This document shows positions 55,995 to 64,000 of a stretch of 64,000 nucleotides of DNA, in pieces. A model generated the notes under the pieces. The model saw nothing but the letters and a program-made list of their open reading frames with translations. It made no database searches and had not been told where the DNA came from. The translations under genes and the position numbers were made by a program. The DNA is from Thermoanaerobaculia bacterium. Lineage in GTDB: Bacteria; Acidobacteriota; Thermoanaerobaculia; UBA5066. Position 1 is the first letter of the stretch, and the number at the start of each line of letters is the position of its first letter. The stretch covers positions 723,217 through 787,216 of the forward strand of contig CAWGCY010000006.1 in the NCBI GenBank assembly GCA_963821225.1, given 5' to 3'.

Positions 55995-57029
55995 GTGAAC
56001 ATGAAGATCCGTTTCAAAGCCGCCCTCGTCGGGTTCTCCGCGGCGCTGCTTCTCGGCGCGCCGGCCCTCGCCCAGAAGGTCCAGATCAACGGTGCCGGGG
56101 CCACGTTCCCCTTCCCCATCTATTCGAAGTGGTTCGACGAATACCACAAGCAGCATCCGGACGTGGAGATCAATTACCAGTCGATCGGCTCGGGCGGCGG
56201 TATCCGGCAGCTCACGAACGAGACCGTCTTCTTCGGCGCTTCCGACGGGCCGATGACGAACGACCAGCTCGCCGGGGCTCCGCGCGCAATTCTCCATTTC
56301 CCGACCGTCCTCGGCGGCGACGTGCCCGTCTACAACATCCCGGGGGTCACCGCCGAGCTGAAGTTCACGGGTGCCGTGCTGGCCGAGATCTACCTCGGGA
56401 AGATCACGAAGTGGAACGACACGGCGATCCGGAAGCTGAACCCCGGCGTGAACCTCCCCGGGACGGACATCGCGGTCGTGCATCGTTCGGACGGGTCGGG
56501 CACGACGTACATCTGGGTGGACTACCTCTCGAAGATCTCTCCCGAGTGGAAGAAGAAGGTCGGCGTCGCGACGTCCGTCAACTGGCCCGTCGGCGTCGGC
56601 GGCAAGGGAAACGAGGGCGTCGCCGGCCTCGTGAAACAGACCCCGGGCGCGATCGGCTACGTCGAACTCATCTATGCGATCCAGAACAAGATCTCATACG
56701 GGTCGGTTCAGAACATGGCCGGAGAATTCGTCCGCTCCTCACTCGATTCCGTGACCGCGGCGGCGGCTGGTGCGGCCAAGGCCATGCCGAAGGACTTTCG
56801 CGTCTCGATCACGAATGCACCCGGCTCCGGCGTGTATCCCGTCAGCTCCTTCACCTGGTTGCTCTTCTACGAGAATCCGAAGGACAAGAAGCTCGCGAAG
56901 ATCATGGTCGATTTCATGCACTGGGCTCTGACCGACGGGCAGAAGTACTGCGCCGATCTCGGCTACGCGCCGCTGCCGAAGGAGGTCGTCGCCCTCGAAA
57001 TGGAAGCCCTGAAGAAGATCAAGCTCTAG
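55995..57029 (+). CDS. pstS: phosphate ABC transporter substrate-binding protein
   Basis: Signal peptide, then GAGATFPFPIYSKW...GSGGGI... PstS motifs. SD aaggag; start GTG 55995 or ATG 56001. Confidence 0.9.
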   Translation: MNMKIRFKAALVGFSAALLLGAPALAQKVQINGAGATFPFPIYSKWFDEYHKQHPDVEINYQSIGSGGGIRQLTNETVFFGASDGPMTNDQLAGAPRAILHFPTVLGGDVPVYNIPGVTAELKFTGAVLAEIYLGKITKWNDTAIRKLNPGVNLPGTDIAVVHRSDGSGTTYIWVDYLSKISPEWKKKVGVATSVNWPVGVGGKGNEGVAGLVKQTPGAIGYVELIYAIQNKISYGSVQNMAGEFVRSSLDSVTAAAAGAAKAMPKDFRVSITNAPGSGVYPVSSFTWLLFYENPKDKKLAKIMVDFMHWALTDGQKYCADLGYAPLPKEVVALEMEALKKIKL

Positions 57030-57053
57030 CTCCGGGACCCGGAGGAGCACGCG

Positions 57054-58022
57054 ATGCCGAAGAGGCCATACCCGCGACGGAAACGCGAGGATCTCGGTTT
57101 CCGCGTCGGGACGGGCTTCTTCGCGGCGCTCGTCGTCCTTCTCGTCGCGGGGATCGCGTTCGTCCTCTGGCGCGAGTCGCGTCTTTCGATCACGAAATTC
57201 GGATTCAACTTCTGGCGGACGAAGACGTGGGATCCCGTCGCCGGAGACTTCGGCGCTCTGCCGTTCATCTGGGGGACGCTCTACTCTTCTCTTCTCGCCA
57301 TCCTGATCTCGACACCCGTCGCTCTCGGGATCGCGATCTTCCTTTCGGAGCTCTCGCCGCGATTCCTGAGGACCCCTCTCGCGTTCCTGACCGAGCTCCT
57401 CGCCGCCATCCCCTCCATCGTCTACGGCCTCTGGGGAGTCTTCGTCCTCGTCCCGCTCGTGCGGAAGCTCGAGGTGCTCACCCCCGCCTGGGCCCGAAGT
57501 CTTCCGCTTTTCTCCGGCCCTCCGCTCGGCGTCGGGATGCTCTCCGCCGCCCTGATCCTCGCGGTCATGATCATTCCGTTTACCTCCTCCGTCGCGCGCG
57601 AGGTCCTGAAGGCCGTGCCCGCAACGCAGCGTGAAGCCGCGTACGCGCTCGGCGCGACGCGCTGGGAGGCGATACAGGTCGCGTTGCGATACGGACGGAC
57701 CGGCGTGCTCGGAGCCGTGATTCTCGGCCTCGGCCGCGCGATCGGAGAGACGATGGCCGTCACGATGGTGATCGGCAACAGCCCGCAGGTCATCTGGTCC
57801 CTTTTCGCGCCGCAGTACACCATGGCGGCCGTCATCGCGAACGAGTTCACGGAAGCCGCGGACGACCTCTACCTGTCCGCCCTCGTCGAGATCGGGCTCG
57901 TCCTCTTTGCGATCACGCTCCTCATCAACGCGGCATCGCGCTTCCTGATCTGGAGCGTCAACCGCGAGGTCGAGGCGGAGACGCTGAAGGCGGCGGCCCT
58001 GCCGGTCGGTGAGGCCGTTTGA
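57054..58022 (+). CDS. pstC: phosphate ABC transporter permease PstC
   Basis: Strong full-length similarity to PstC (…YALGATRWE… EAA-loop region). Confidence 0.88.
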   Translation: MPKRPYPRRKREDLGFRVGTGFFAALVVLLVAGIAFVLWRESRLSITKFGFNFWRTKTWDPVAGDFGALPFIWGTLYSSLLAILISTPVALGIAIFLSELSPRFLRTPLAFLTELLAAIPSIVYGLWGVFVLVPLVRKLEVLTPAWARSLPLFSGPPLGVGMLSAALILAVMIIPFTSSVAREVLKAVPATQREAAYALGATRWEAIQVALRYGRTGVLGAVILGLGRAIGETMAVTMVIGNSPQVIWSLFAPQYTMAAVIANEFTEAADDLYLSALVEIGLVLFAITLLINAASRFLIWSVNREVEAETLKAAALPVGEAV

Positions 58023-58867
58023 GCCGCAACTCCCGGCGCAAGCTTCTCTCGAATGCCGTCGTCGGCCTTTGCGGCGCGTCCGTCGCGCTAGCGCTCGTGC
58101 CGCTCTTCCTCGTCTTCTTCTACGTCCTGAAGCAGGGCTTCTCGTCCCTGAGTTGGGACTTCTTCACGAAGATGCCGAAGCCGGTCGGCGAGCTGGGTGG
58201 CGGCATGGCGAACGCCATCGTCGGCACGCTCATCCTGATCGGCCTCGCCTCGCTCGTCGCGATTCCCGTCGGCCTCGTCTCGGGAATCTACCTCTCCGAA
58301 TACCCGAAATCGCGGCTCGCGACGGCCGTCCGCTTCACGGCGGACGTCCTGAACGGGATCCCGTCGATCGTGATCGGGATCTTCGCCTACGCGCTCGTCG
58401 TTCTTCCGGTCAAGCACTTCAGCGCGCTCGCCGGCGGGATCGCGCTCGGGTTCATGATGATTCCCATCATCACGCGGACGACGGAGGAGCTCCTCAACCT
58501 CGTCCCCGCGACCCTCCGGGAAGGGGCCCTCGCCCTCGGCGCGACGCGGTCGCGCGCGGCCTTCACGGTCATGCTCCCGGCCGCTCTGCCGGGCATCATG
58601 ACCGGGATCCTCGTCTCGCTCGCGCGCATCTCGGGAGAGACGGCGCCTCTTCTCTTCACGTCCTTCTCGAACCGATTCTGGTCGACGACGCTCTCGCAGC
58701 CGATCGCGTCTCTGACCGTACAAATCTACACGTACGCGATCTCGCCTTACGAAGACTGGCACCTGCAGGCGTGGGCCGGCGCGCTCGTCCTCGTGACCGT
58801 GGTCTTCCTGTTTTCCGTTCTCGCCCGCGTCGTCACGAAGCGCCTCGAGAGGATGCACCGCACATGA
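58019..58867 (+). CDS. pstA: phosphate ABC transporter permease PstA
   Basis: Full-length PstA similarity (…LALGATRSR…); TTG start overlaps the pstC stop (TTGA). Confidence 0.88.
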   Translation: MSRNSRRKLLSNAVVGLCGASVALALVPLFLVFFYVLKQGFSSLSWDFFTKMPKPVGELGGGMANAIVGTLILIGLASLVAIPVGLVSGIYLSEYPKSRLATAVRFTADVLNGIPSIVIGIFAYALVVLPVKHFSALAGGIALGFMMIPIITRTTEELLNLVPATLREGALALGATRSRAAFTVMLPAALPGIMTGILVSLARISGETAPLLFTSFSNRFWSTTLSQPIASLTVQIYTYAISPYEDWHLQAWAGALVLVTVVFLFSVLARVVTKRLERMHRT

Positions 58868-59712
58868 CGGAGACCGCTGTGCCCGAAAGAGCCGCCGATA
58901 CCCTCGTGAAGCCGTCTGCCGAAGCTGCCGACCAATCGACGGGCGCGGACGCCTCCCTCCCGGTTCGGATGGAGGCTCGGCACCTGAACTTCTTCTACGG
59001 GAAAAGCCAGGCGCTCCACGACATCTCGATTTCCATCCGCGAGAAGGCGGTGACGGCGTTCATCGGACCCTCCGGCTGCGGCAAGTCGACGTTCCTGAGG
59101 TGCCTGAACCGGATGAACGACATCATCCCGGACACGCGCGTCGAAGGCGACGTCCTCCTCGACGGGCGCGAGATCTACGGGTCCGACGTCGACATCGTCG
59201 ACCTGAGGCGTCGCGTCGGCATGGTCTTCCAGAAGTCCAACCCCTTCCCCAAGTCGATCTACGACAACGTGGCCTATGGACTGAGGATCAACAGCGCCCT
59301 CGGCGGCTCGGAACTCACCGAGCGCGTCGAGTCGGCGCTCGTGCGCGCCGCCCTCTGGGACGAGGTCAAGGACCGCCTCAAGACGTCGGCCCTCGGTCTT
59401 TCGGGCGGCCAGCAGCAGCGCCTCTGCATCGCGCGTGCGCTCGCGGTCGAGCCGGAGATCCTCCTCATGGACGAGCCCTGCTCGGCCCTCGACCCGATCG
59501 CAACGAGCAAGGTCGAGGAGCTCATCTTCGAGCTCAAGGAGCGCTATACGATCGTGGTCGTGACGCACAACATGCAGCAGGCCGCGCGCGTCTCGGACGA
59601 AACCGGCTTCTTCATGCTCGGCAAGCTCATCGAGTTCGACAAGACCGAGATCATCTTCACGAAGCCTCGGCAGAAAACGACGGAAGACTACATAACAGGG
59701 AGGTTCGGATGA
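58864..59712 (+). CDS. pstB: phosphate ABC transporter ATP-binding protein
   Basis: Walker [10 protein letters not shown], signature [12 protein letters not shown] overlaps the pstA stop (ATGA). Confidence 0.9.
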   Translation: MTETAVPERAADTLVKPSAEAADQSTGADASLPVRMEARHLNFFYGKSQALHDISISIREKAVTAFIGPSGCGKSTFLRCLNRMNDIIPDTRVEGDVLLDGREIYGSDVDIVDLRRRVGMVFQKSNPFPKSIYDNVAYGLRINSALGGSELTERVESALVRAALWDEVKDRLKTSALGLSGGQQQRLCIARALAVEPEILLMDEPCSALDPIATSKVEELIFELKERYTIVVVTHNMQQAARVSDETGFFMLGKLIEFDKTEIIFTKPRQKTTEDYITGRFG

Positions 59713-59787
59713 CGATGCGCCGCAGCCGGGGGTCCGGGGGCGCGCGCAGCCAAGCCCCCGGAGAGCACTACATTACGGGAGGTTCGG

Positions 59788-60483
59788 ATGACCGCCGTGA
59801 CCTCCGTGCGCCAGCGGATCGCCGTCGTGGAGGACGACGAGGATCTCGCGTTCACGCTCGTCTATAACCTCAAGAAGGACGGGCGCTACGAGATCGAGCG
59901 CTTCGCCGGCGGCCTCGTGGCGCTCGACGAGCTCCTCGTCCGCCCCCCGGACCTGATCGTCCTCGACCTGAACCTGCCCGACGTGGACGGGCTCACGATC
60001 TGCCGCGAGCTGAAGAAGCACGAGGAGACGCGGCGGGTCCCGATCATCATGCTCACGGCCCGCGTGGAGGAGCGCGACAAGCTGCTCGGCTTCGAGCTGG
60101 GCGCGGACGACTACGTCACGAAGCCTTTCTCGATGAAAGAGCTTCTCGCGCGCATCGCCGCCCAGCTCCGCCGCACCGCCCTGCCGCAGTCGCCCGACGA
60201 CGTCTACGACGACGGCCACCTTCGCATCGATCGGGCGCGTCACACCGTGGAGAGCGACGGCAACGCCGTCCACCTCACGAAGAAGGAATTCGACCTCCTC
60301 TGGCTCCTCATCCGGAGCAGCGGCCGCGTCGTGTCGCGCGAGACGATCCTGTCACGGCTCTGGGACTATGCCGCCGAGATCGAGACGCGGACCGTGGACG
60401 TTCACATCCGCTCGCTCCGCAAGAAGATAGGCGACGGCGTGATCGAGACCGTCGTCGGCGTAGGCTACAAGTTCGCCCGATGA
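59788..60483 (+). CDS. phoB: OmpR-family phosphate-regulon response regulator
   Basis: Receiver domain (VVEDDEDL...LDLNLPDVDGL) plus winged-helix C-terminal domain; in the pst-phoR context. Confidence 0.85.
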   Translation: MTAVTSVRQRIAVVEDDEDLAFTLVYNLKKDGRYEIERFAGGLVALDELLVRPPDLIVLDLNLPDVDGLTICRELKKHEETRRVPIIMLTARVEERDKLLGFELGADDYVTKPFSMKELLARIAAQLRRTALPQSPDDVYDDGHLRIDRARHTVESDGNAVHLTKKEFDLLWLLIRSSGRVVSRETILSRLWDYAAEIETRTVDVHIRSLRKKIGDGVIETVVGVGYKFAR

Positions 60484-62309
60484 GCCGGATCCTGCGCCGC
60501 TCGCTCGTCCCGGTGCTCCTCGGGGTCGTCCTCGGGGGCGTCTTCGCGTTCGCCCTTTCGCGCGTGCTGGACTCCGCCGTGACAGGGAACGGCCGCCGCG
60601 AGCTCGTCGAGAAGCTCGAGCGCCTGTCGCCCGAATTCGAAGAGGACCTCAGGACGCGGGATCATCCCGTCGAGCGCATCCGCCAGGCCGCCCGCCAGGC
60701 GGGCGCGCGCGTGACGCTCATCGCCGCCGACGGCACCGTGCTCGGCGACAGCGAGGTCCCGCCCGAGCGCCTCGAGCGCGTCGAGAATCACGCGTCGCGG
60801 CCGGAGGTCCTCGCCGCGCGGCGAGACCTCGTGGGCTTCGGCGCGCGCACCTCAGTCACCGTCCTCGAGCCCTTCGTCTACGTCGCGCGGCGTGTCGGAC
60901 CGGAGGAAGCCCCGTACGGCTATCTCCGCCTCGCGATCAGCCAGAACGATCTCGACCTCCTCGAGGCCCCGTTCCGCGGCACGCTGTATCAGGTATCGCT
61001 CGCCGCCGGCCTTCTGGTCGGGTTGCTCGTCATCTCCATCCGCCAGCGTCATGCGAACGACCTCGAGCGCGTGCGGGCGGGCGTCGCCGAGGCCGCGGCC
61101 GGCCGGCACCCCGCGATGCCCGCGGGCGGCTCGGAGGAGACGCAGGAGGTCTTCATCGCGCTCGCCCGCTTCGCCCGCCTCGTCTCGGCCGAGCGCGAGG
61201 GCAGCGAGAAGGCGCGCCTTCTCGCGCGCACGGTCTTCGAGCAGGTCCCGGTCGGCCTCGTCGTCGTCGACCGCACGCTCGCGCTCCTCGACGCGAATCC
61301 GGCCGCGCTCGCCCTCCTCCGCGCGCCCGCCGGCGCTCCGCGGCACGCGCTCGTCGACCTCGTGCGCGACCCGGAGACGCTTCGGCTCTTCGAGGCCGGC
61401 ATCCGCGGCGAAGCCTCGTCCGACGAGACGGCCGTCCTGCGCCTGGGCGGAGAGACCTTGCCCGAGCAGGTGCTCGAGATCAACGTCCGCGCCGTCCCGC
61501 ATGGCGCGGCGGCCGGCGAGCCCGCCGCCGTGGGAGTCGTCCGGGACGTGACCGAGCGCGAGCGCACGGAGACGATGCGGCGTCGCTTCGTTTCGGACGT
61601 GTCCCACGAGCTCAGGACCCCGATCGCGGCGATCCGGGCTGCCGTCGAGACGCTCGCCGGCGAACAAGACCTGCCGCCCGACCTCGCGCGGCTCCTGAGC
61701 ATCCTCGAGCGGCAGTCCTCCGAGATGGAAGCGCTCGTCTCGGATCTCACGGATCTGTCGCAGATCGAGTCCGGCGCCGTCAAGCTCGTGGTCGAGCGCA
61801 TTCCGCTGGCGGCCCTCCTCCTCTCGGTCGTGCGCGACCTCGCCCCGGCCTCCGAGGCGCGCGGCGTGACGGTCGCGGTCGAGGCGGGCGAGAATCTCGA
61901 GATCGTCGGCGACCGCCGCCGCCTCTCGCAGGTCTTCCGCAACCTCGTCGACAACGCCGTCAAGTTCTCGCCGGCCGGCCAGCGCGTGGACATTCTCGCC
62001 GAAGGGGGAACGCCGATCGGTCCGGGTCATTCGTCCCCCGTGGTCGTCCACGTCGTGGATCGCGGCATCGGCATCCCGCGCTCCGAGCAGGACCGCATCT
62101 TCCAGCGTTTCTACCGCGTCGACCCGTCGCGCGCGAAGTCGGTCCCGGGCACCGGCCTCGGCCTCGCCATCGTCAAGCACCTCCTGATCCTGCACGGAGG
62201 CACGATCCGCCTGGACTCCGAACCCGGCAAGGGCAGCCGCTTCACCGTCACGCTGCCGGCGGCGGTGCCGCGCGACGTCGCCCTGGAAAGCACCAAGGAG
62301 ACCTCATGA
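60480..62309 (+). CDS. phoR: phosphate-regulon sensor histidine kinase
   Basis: TM, PAS, HisKA (SHELRTPIAAI), HATPase (GTGLGLAIVKH). ATG overlaps the phoB stop. Confidence 0.8.
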   Translation: MSRILRRSLVPVLLGVVLGGVFAFALSRVLDSAVTGNGRRELVEKLERLSPEFEEDLRTRDHPVERIRQAARQAGARVTLIAADGTVLGDSEVPPERLERVENHASRPEVLAARRDLVGFGARTSVTVLEPFVYVARRVGPEEAPYGYLRLAISQNDLDLLEAPFRGTLYQVSLAAGLLVGLLVISIRQRHANDLERVRAGVAEAAAGRHPAMPAGGSEETQEVFIALARFARLVSAEREGSEKARLLARTVFEQVPVGLVVVDRTLALLDANPAALALLRAPAGAPRHALVDLVRDPETLRLFEAGIRGEASSDETAVLRLGGETLPEQVLEINVRAVPHGAAAGEPAAVGVVRDVTERERTETMRRRFVSDVSHELRTPIAAIRAAVETLAGEQDLPPDLARLLSILERQSSEMEALVSDLTDLSQIESGAVKLVVERIPLAALLLSVVRDLAPASEARGVTVAVEAGENLEIVGDRRRLSQVFRNLVDNAVKFSPAGQRVDILAEGGTPIGPGHSSPVVVHVVDRGIGIPRSEQDRIFQRFYRVDPSRAKSVPGTGLGLAIVKHLLILHGGTIRLDSEPGKGSRFTVTLPAAVPRDVALESTKETS

Positions 62310-62992
62310 AAGAACACTTTTCCGAGAAGCTCGAAAGCCTGCGCCGGCAGCTGATCGGCATGGGCGCGGAAGTCGAGAACCAGATCCGTCTGGCCGTCGA
62401 GGCGCTCGTCGAGGCGGACGCGGCGAAGGCGCGGAAGGTCATCGAGCGCGACAAGGTGATCGACCAGATGGAGATCAAGAACGACGAGGACGCGATCGAC
62501 CTCCTCGCCACGCAGCAGCCCGTCGCGGGAGACCTGCGGCTCCTCGTGTCGGCGCTCAAGATCAACGCCGACCTCGAGCGCATCGGCGACCACGCCGTGA
62601 ACATCGCCGAAAGCGCCGAGCGGTTGTCGCGCTTCCGGCCGTTCAAGCCGTGGATCGACATTCCCCACATGGCGGAGATCGCGCGGGGCATGCTGAAGGA
62701 GTCGCTGGATTCCTTCATCCGGAAAGACAGCGCGCTCGCCCTCGACGTCTGCAAGCGCGACGACATCCTGGACGAGAAGAACAAGTCCATCATCCGCGAG
62801 CTGCTGACCTACATGGTCGAGAACCCCGCGCTCATCAGCGCCTCGATCGAGATCATGAGCGTCTCGAAGAACCTCGAGCGCGTCGGCGACCTCGCCACGA
62901 ACATCGGCGAGGAGGCCATCTACATCGCCGAGGGCGAGATGATCAAGCACCACATGGGTCCCCGCCCGGCCGAGCCCGCGGCCGGAGGCTGA
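62306..62992 (+). CDS. phoU: phosphate signalling complex protein PhoU
   Basis: Two PhoU repeats (…DQMEIKNDEDAIDLLATQQPVAGDLR…NLERVGDLATNIGE). Confidence 0.88.
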   Translation: MKEHFSEKLESLRRQLIGMGAEVENQIRLAVEALVEADAAKARKVIERDKVIDQMEIKNDEDAIDLLATQQPVAGDLRLLVSALKINADLERIGDHAVNIAESAERLSRFRPFKPWIDIPHMAEIARGMLKESLDSFIRKDSALALDVCKRDDILDEKNKSIIRELLTYMVENPALISASIEIMSVSKNLERVGDLATNIGEEAIYIAEGEMIKHHMGPRPAEPAAGG

Positions 62993-63044
62993 CGGCCGCT
63001 TCCGGCGATCCCCGTACGACTCCGGGGCTCTAAGATCTCCCCTG

Positions 63045-63446
63045 ATGAAGCCGGGACAGCGTTTTTCCGTGATCCCCGGTGCGTATGCGATCTGCCGCCT
63101 GCCCGCGAAGGCTCCCCTCCCGTCCTGGACCGGCAAGGCCTTCACGTCGATCACCCGGACTGCCGAAGAGCTGTCGATCGTCTGCGACGAGCGGCGCCTC
63201 CCACCCAATCTCGACGGCCTCGAGCTGCGGGTCGCCCGCGGCTGGGCCCTCCTGAAGGTCCACGGCCCTTTTCCGCTCGACGCGATCGGTATTCTCGCTT
63301 CCGTCGCGAAGCCGCTCGCCGACGCGAAGATCAGCCTCTTCGCTCTCTCGACGTTCGACACGGACTACATCCTCGTCAAGAAGACTTCCCTGAACGAGGC
63401 GATCGCGGCGCTCACGCTGGCGGGTCACACGCTCGTCGAAGGCTGA
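63045..63446 (+). CDS. ACT-domain protein (ACT_7-like)
   Basis: 133 aa, two small ACT-like halves (…ICRLPAKAP…LSIVCDE…; …LKVHGPFPLDAIGILASVAKPLADAKISLFALSTFDTDYILV). Confidence 0.5.
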   Translation: MKPGQRFSVIPGAYAICRLPAKAPLPSWTGKAFTSITRTAEELSIVCDERRLPPNLDGLELRVARGWALLKVHGPFPLDAIGILASVAKPLADAKISLFALSTFDTDYILVKKTSLNEAIAALTLAGHTLVEG

Positions 63447-63494
63447 GGTTCATTCGGCCCGGTAGCGGTAACGTCCAGGGCCACAGGAGGCCCC

Positions 63495-63878
63495 ATGCCG
63501 CTCGTCCGCATCTCCCTTCTCGAAGGAAAGCCGCCCGTCCACCTCAGAGCCATCGCAGACGGCGTCTACGAGGCGATGCTCGCGACGATCAACGTCCCGG
63601 CCGGCGACCGTTTCCAGGTGATCACCGAGCACCCGGCCGGCGGCCTCATCTACGACCCCGGCTACCTCGGCATCCGCCGGACCGACGACGTCGTCTTCAT
63701 CCAGGTCACGCTCAACCAGGGCCGGAGCCTCGAGCTGAAAAAGGCCTTCTTCGCCCGCATCGCGGAGAACCTCGCGAAAAACCCCGGCCTCAGGAAGGAA
63801 GACGTCTTCGTGAACCTCGTCGAGGTCCCAAAGGAGAACTGGTCCTTCGGAAACGGCATCGCGCAGTACGCGGAGTGA
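63495..63878 (+). CDS. tautomerase-family protein
   Basis: N-terminal MPLVRISLLEGK (catalytic Pro1 after Met removal) and tautomerase-superfamily fold. Confidence 0.6.
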   Translation: MPLVRISLLEGKPPVHLRAIADGVYEAMLATINVPAGDRFQVITEHPAGGLIYDPGYLGIRRTDDVVFIQVTLNQGRSLELKKAFFARIAENLAKNPGLRKEDVFVNLVEVPKENWSFGNGIAQYAE

Positions 63879-64000
63879 CGGCCGAACACACCGCCTCACG
63901 GCCCGGTGTAGGCCGCCGGCGGGGGCCGAGGATTGAATTGCTTATTGAGCCTCAGGACTTGGCGAGTGGCTCGCCTTATCGTGGGCTATTAGTAGAGACA

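Noticed and set aside
1-64000. CRISPR arrays, IS elements, integrases, restriction-modification (RM) or toxin-antitoxin (TA) systems
   Set aside because: I scanned for short regularly spaced direct repeats and for transposase, integrase, methyltransferase, nuclease and toxin motifs and found none. The only repeats are the tRNA-Glu 52-mer, the AT-rich 18-mer and the pstB/phoB 25-mer.

Overview
High-GC (~70%) bacterial chromosomal segment, densely packed with housekeeping and metabolic genes and many 4-nt start/stop overlaps (ATGA/GTGA/TTGA). Gene order: valS (5-prime part); a Cys/Met-metabolism PLP enzyme; a minus-strand leucine-catabolism (liu/mcc) operon (B12-binding mutase subunit, MccB, secreted hypothetical, enoyl-CoA hydratase, frameshifted MccA, HMG-CoA lyase, CheY-like regulator); a stand-alone MshEN/T2SSE_N-domain protein; HU; site-2 protease; an EXORDIUM/Phi_1-like secreted protein; cupin; murJ; ssb; nagZ flanked by AT-rich inverted repeats; mutS; tsaB-rimI; DUF465; pssA coupled to an Asd-like protein that lacks the catalytic Cys; a lipoprotein / giant sensor kinase / hutU operon; a PHA/lipid-storage neighbourhood (phaR-phasin, patatin, DUF5916 outer-membrane protein, PlsC, epimerase, phasin-like, SCP2, ArsA/Get3-like ATPase); hutH; purA; tRNA-Lys and tRNA-Glu followed by a small degenerate islet bounded by a 52-bp repeat of the tRNA-Glu 3-prime half (Vgb-like beta-propeller, zinc-ribbon paralogs); ppx with two paralogous secreted proteins; GH1 beta-glucosidase, PHP, GT2, rtcB; and a complete pst-pho locus (porin, pstSCAB, phoB, phoR, phoU) with ACT and tautomerase genes. 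I saw no CRISPR array, IS element, integrase or recognisable defence gene. The most unusual loci are the tRNA-Glu-bounded islet with paired zinc-ribbon genes, a conserved AT-rich 18-mer present three times, and the phasin/SCP2/ArsA-like lipid-body cluster. Several text-derived coordinates differed by 1 nt from the ORF track; I kept the ORF-track coordinates for coding sequences (CDS).
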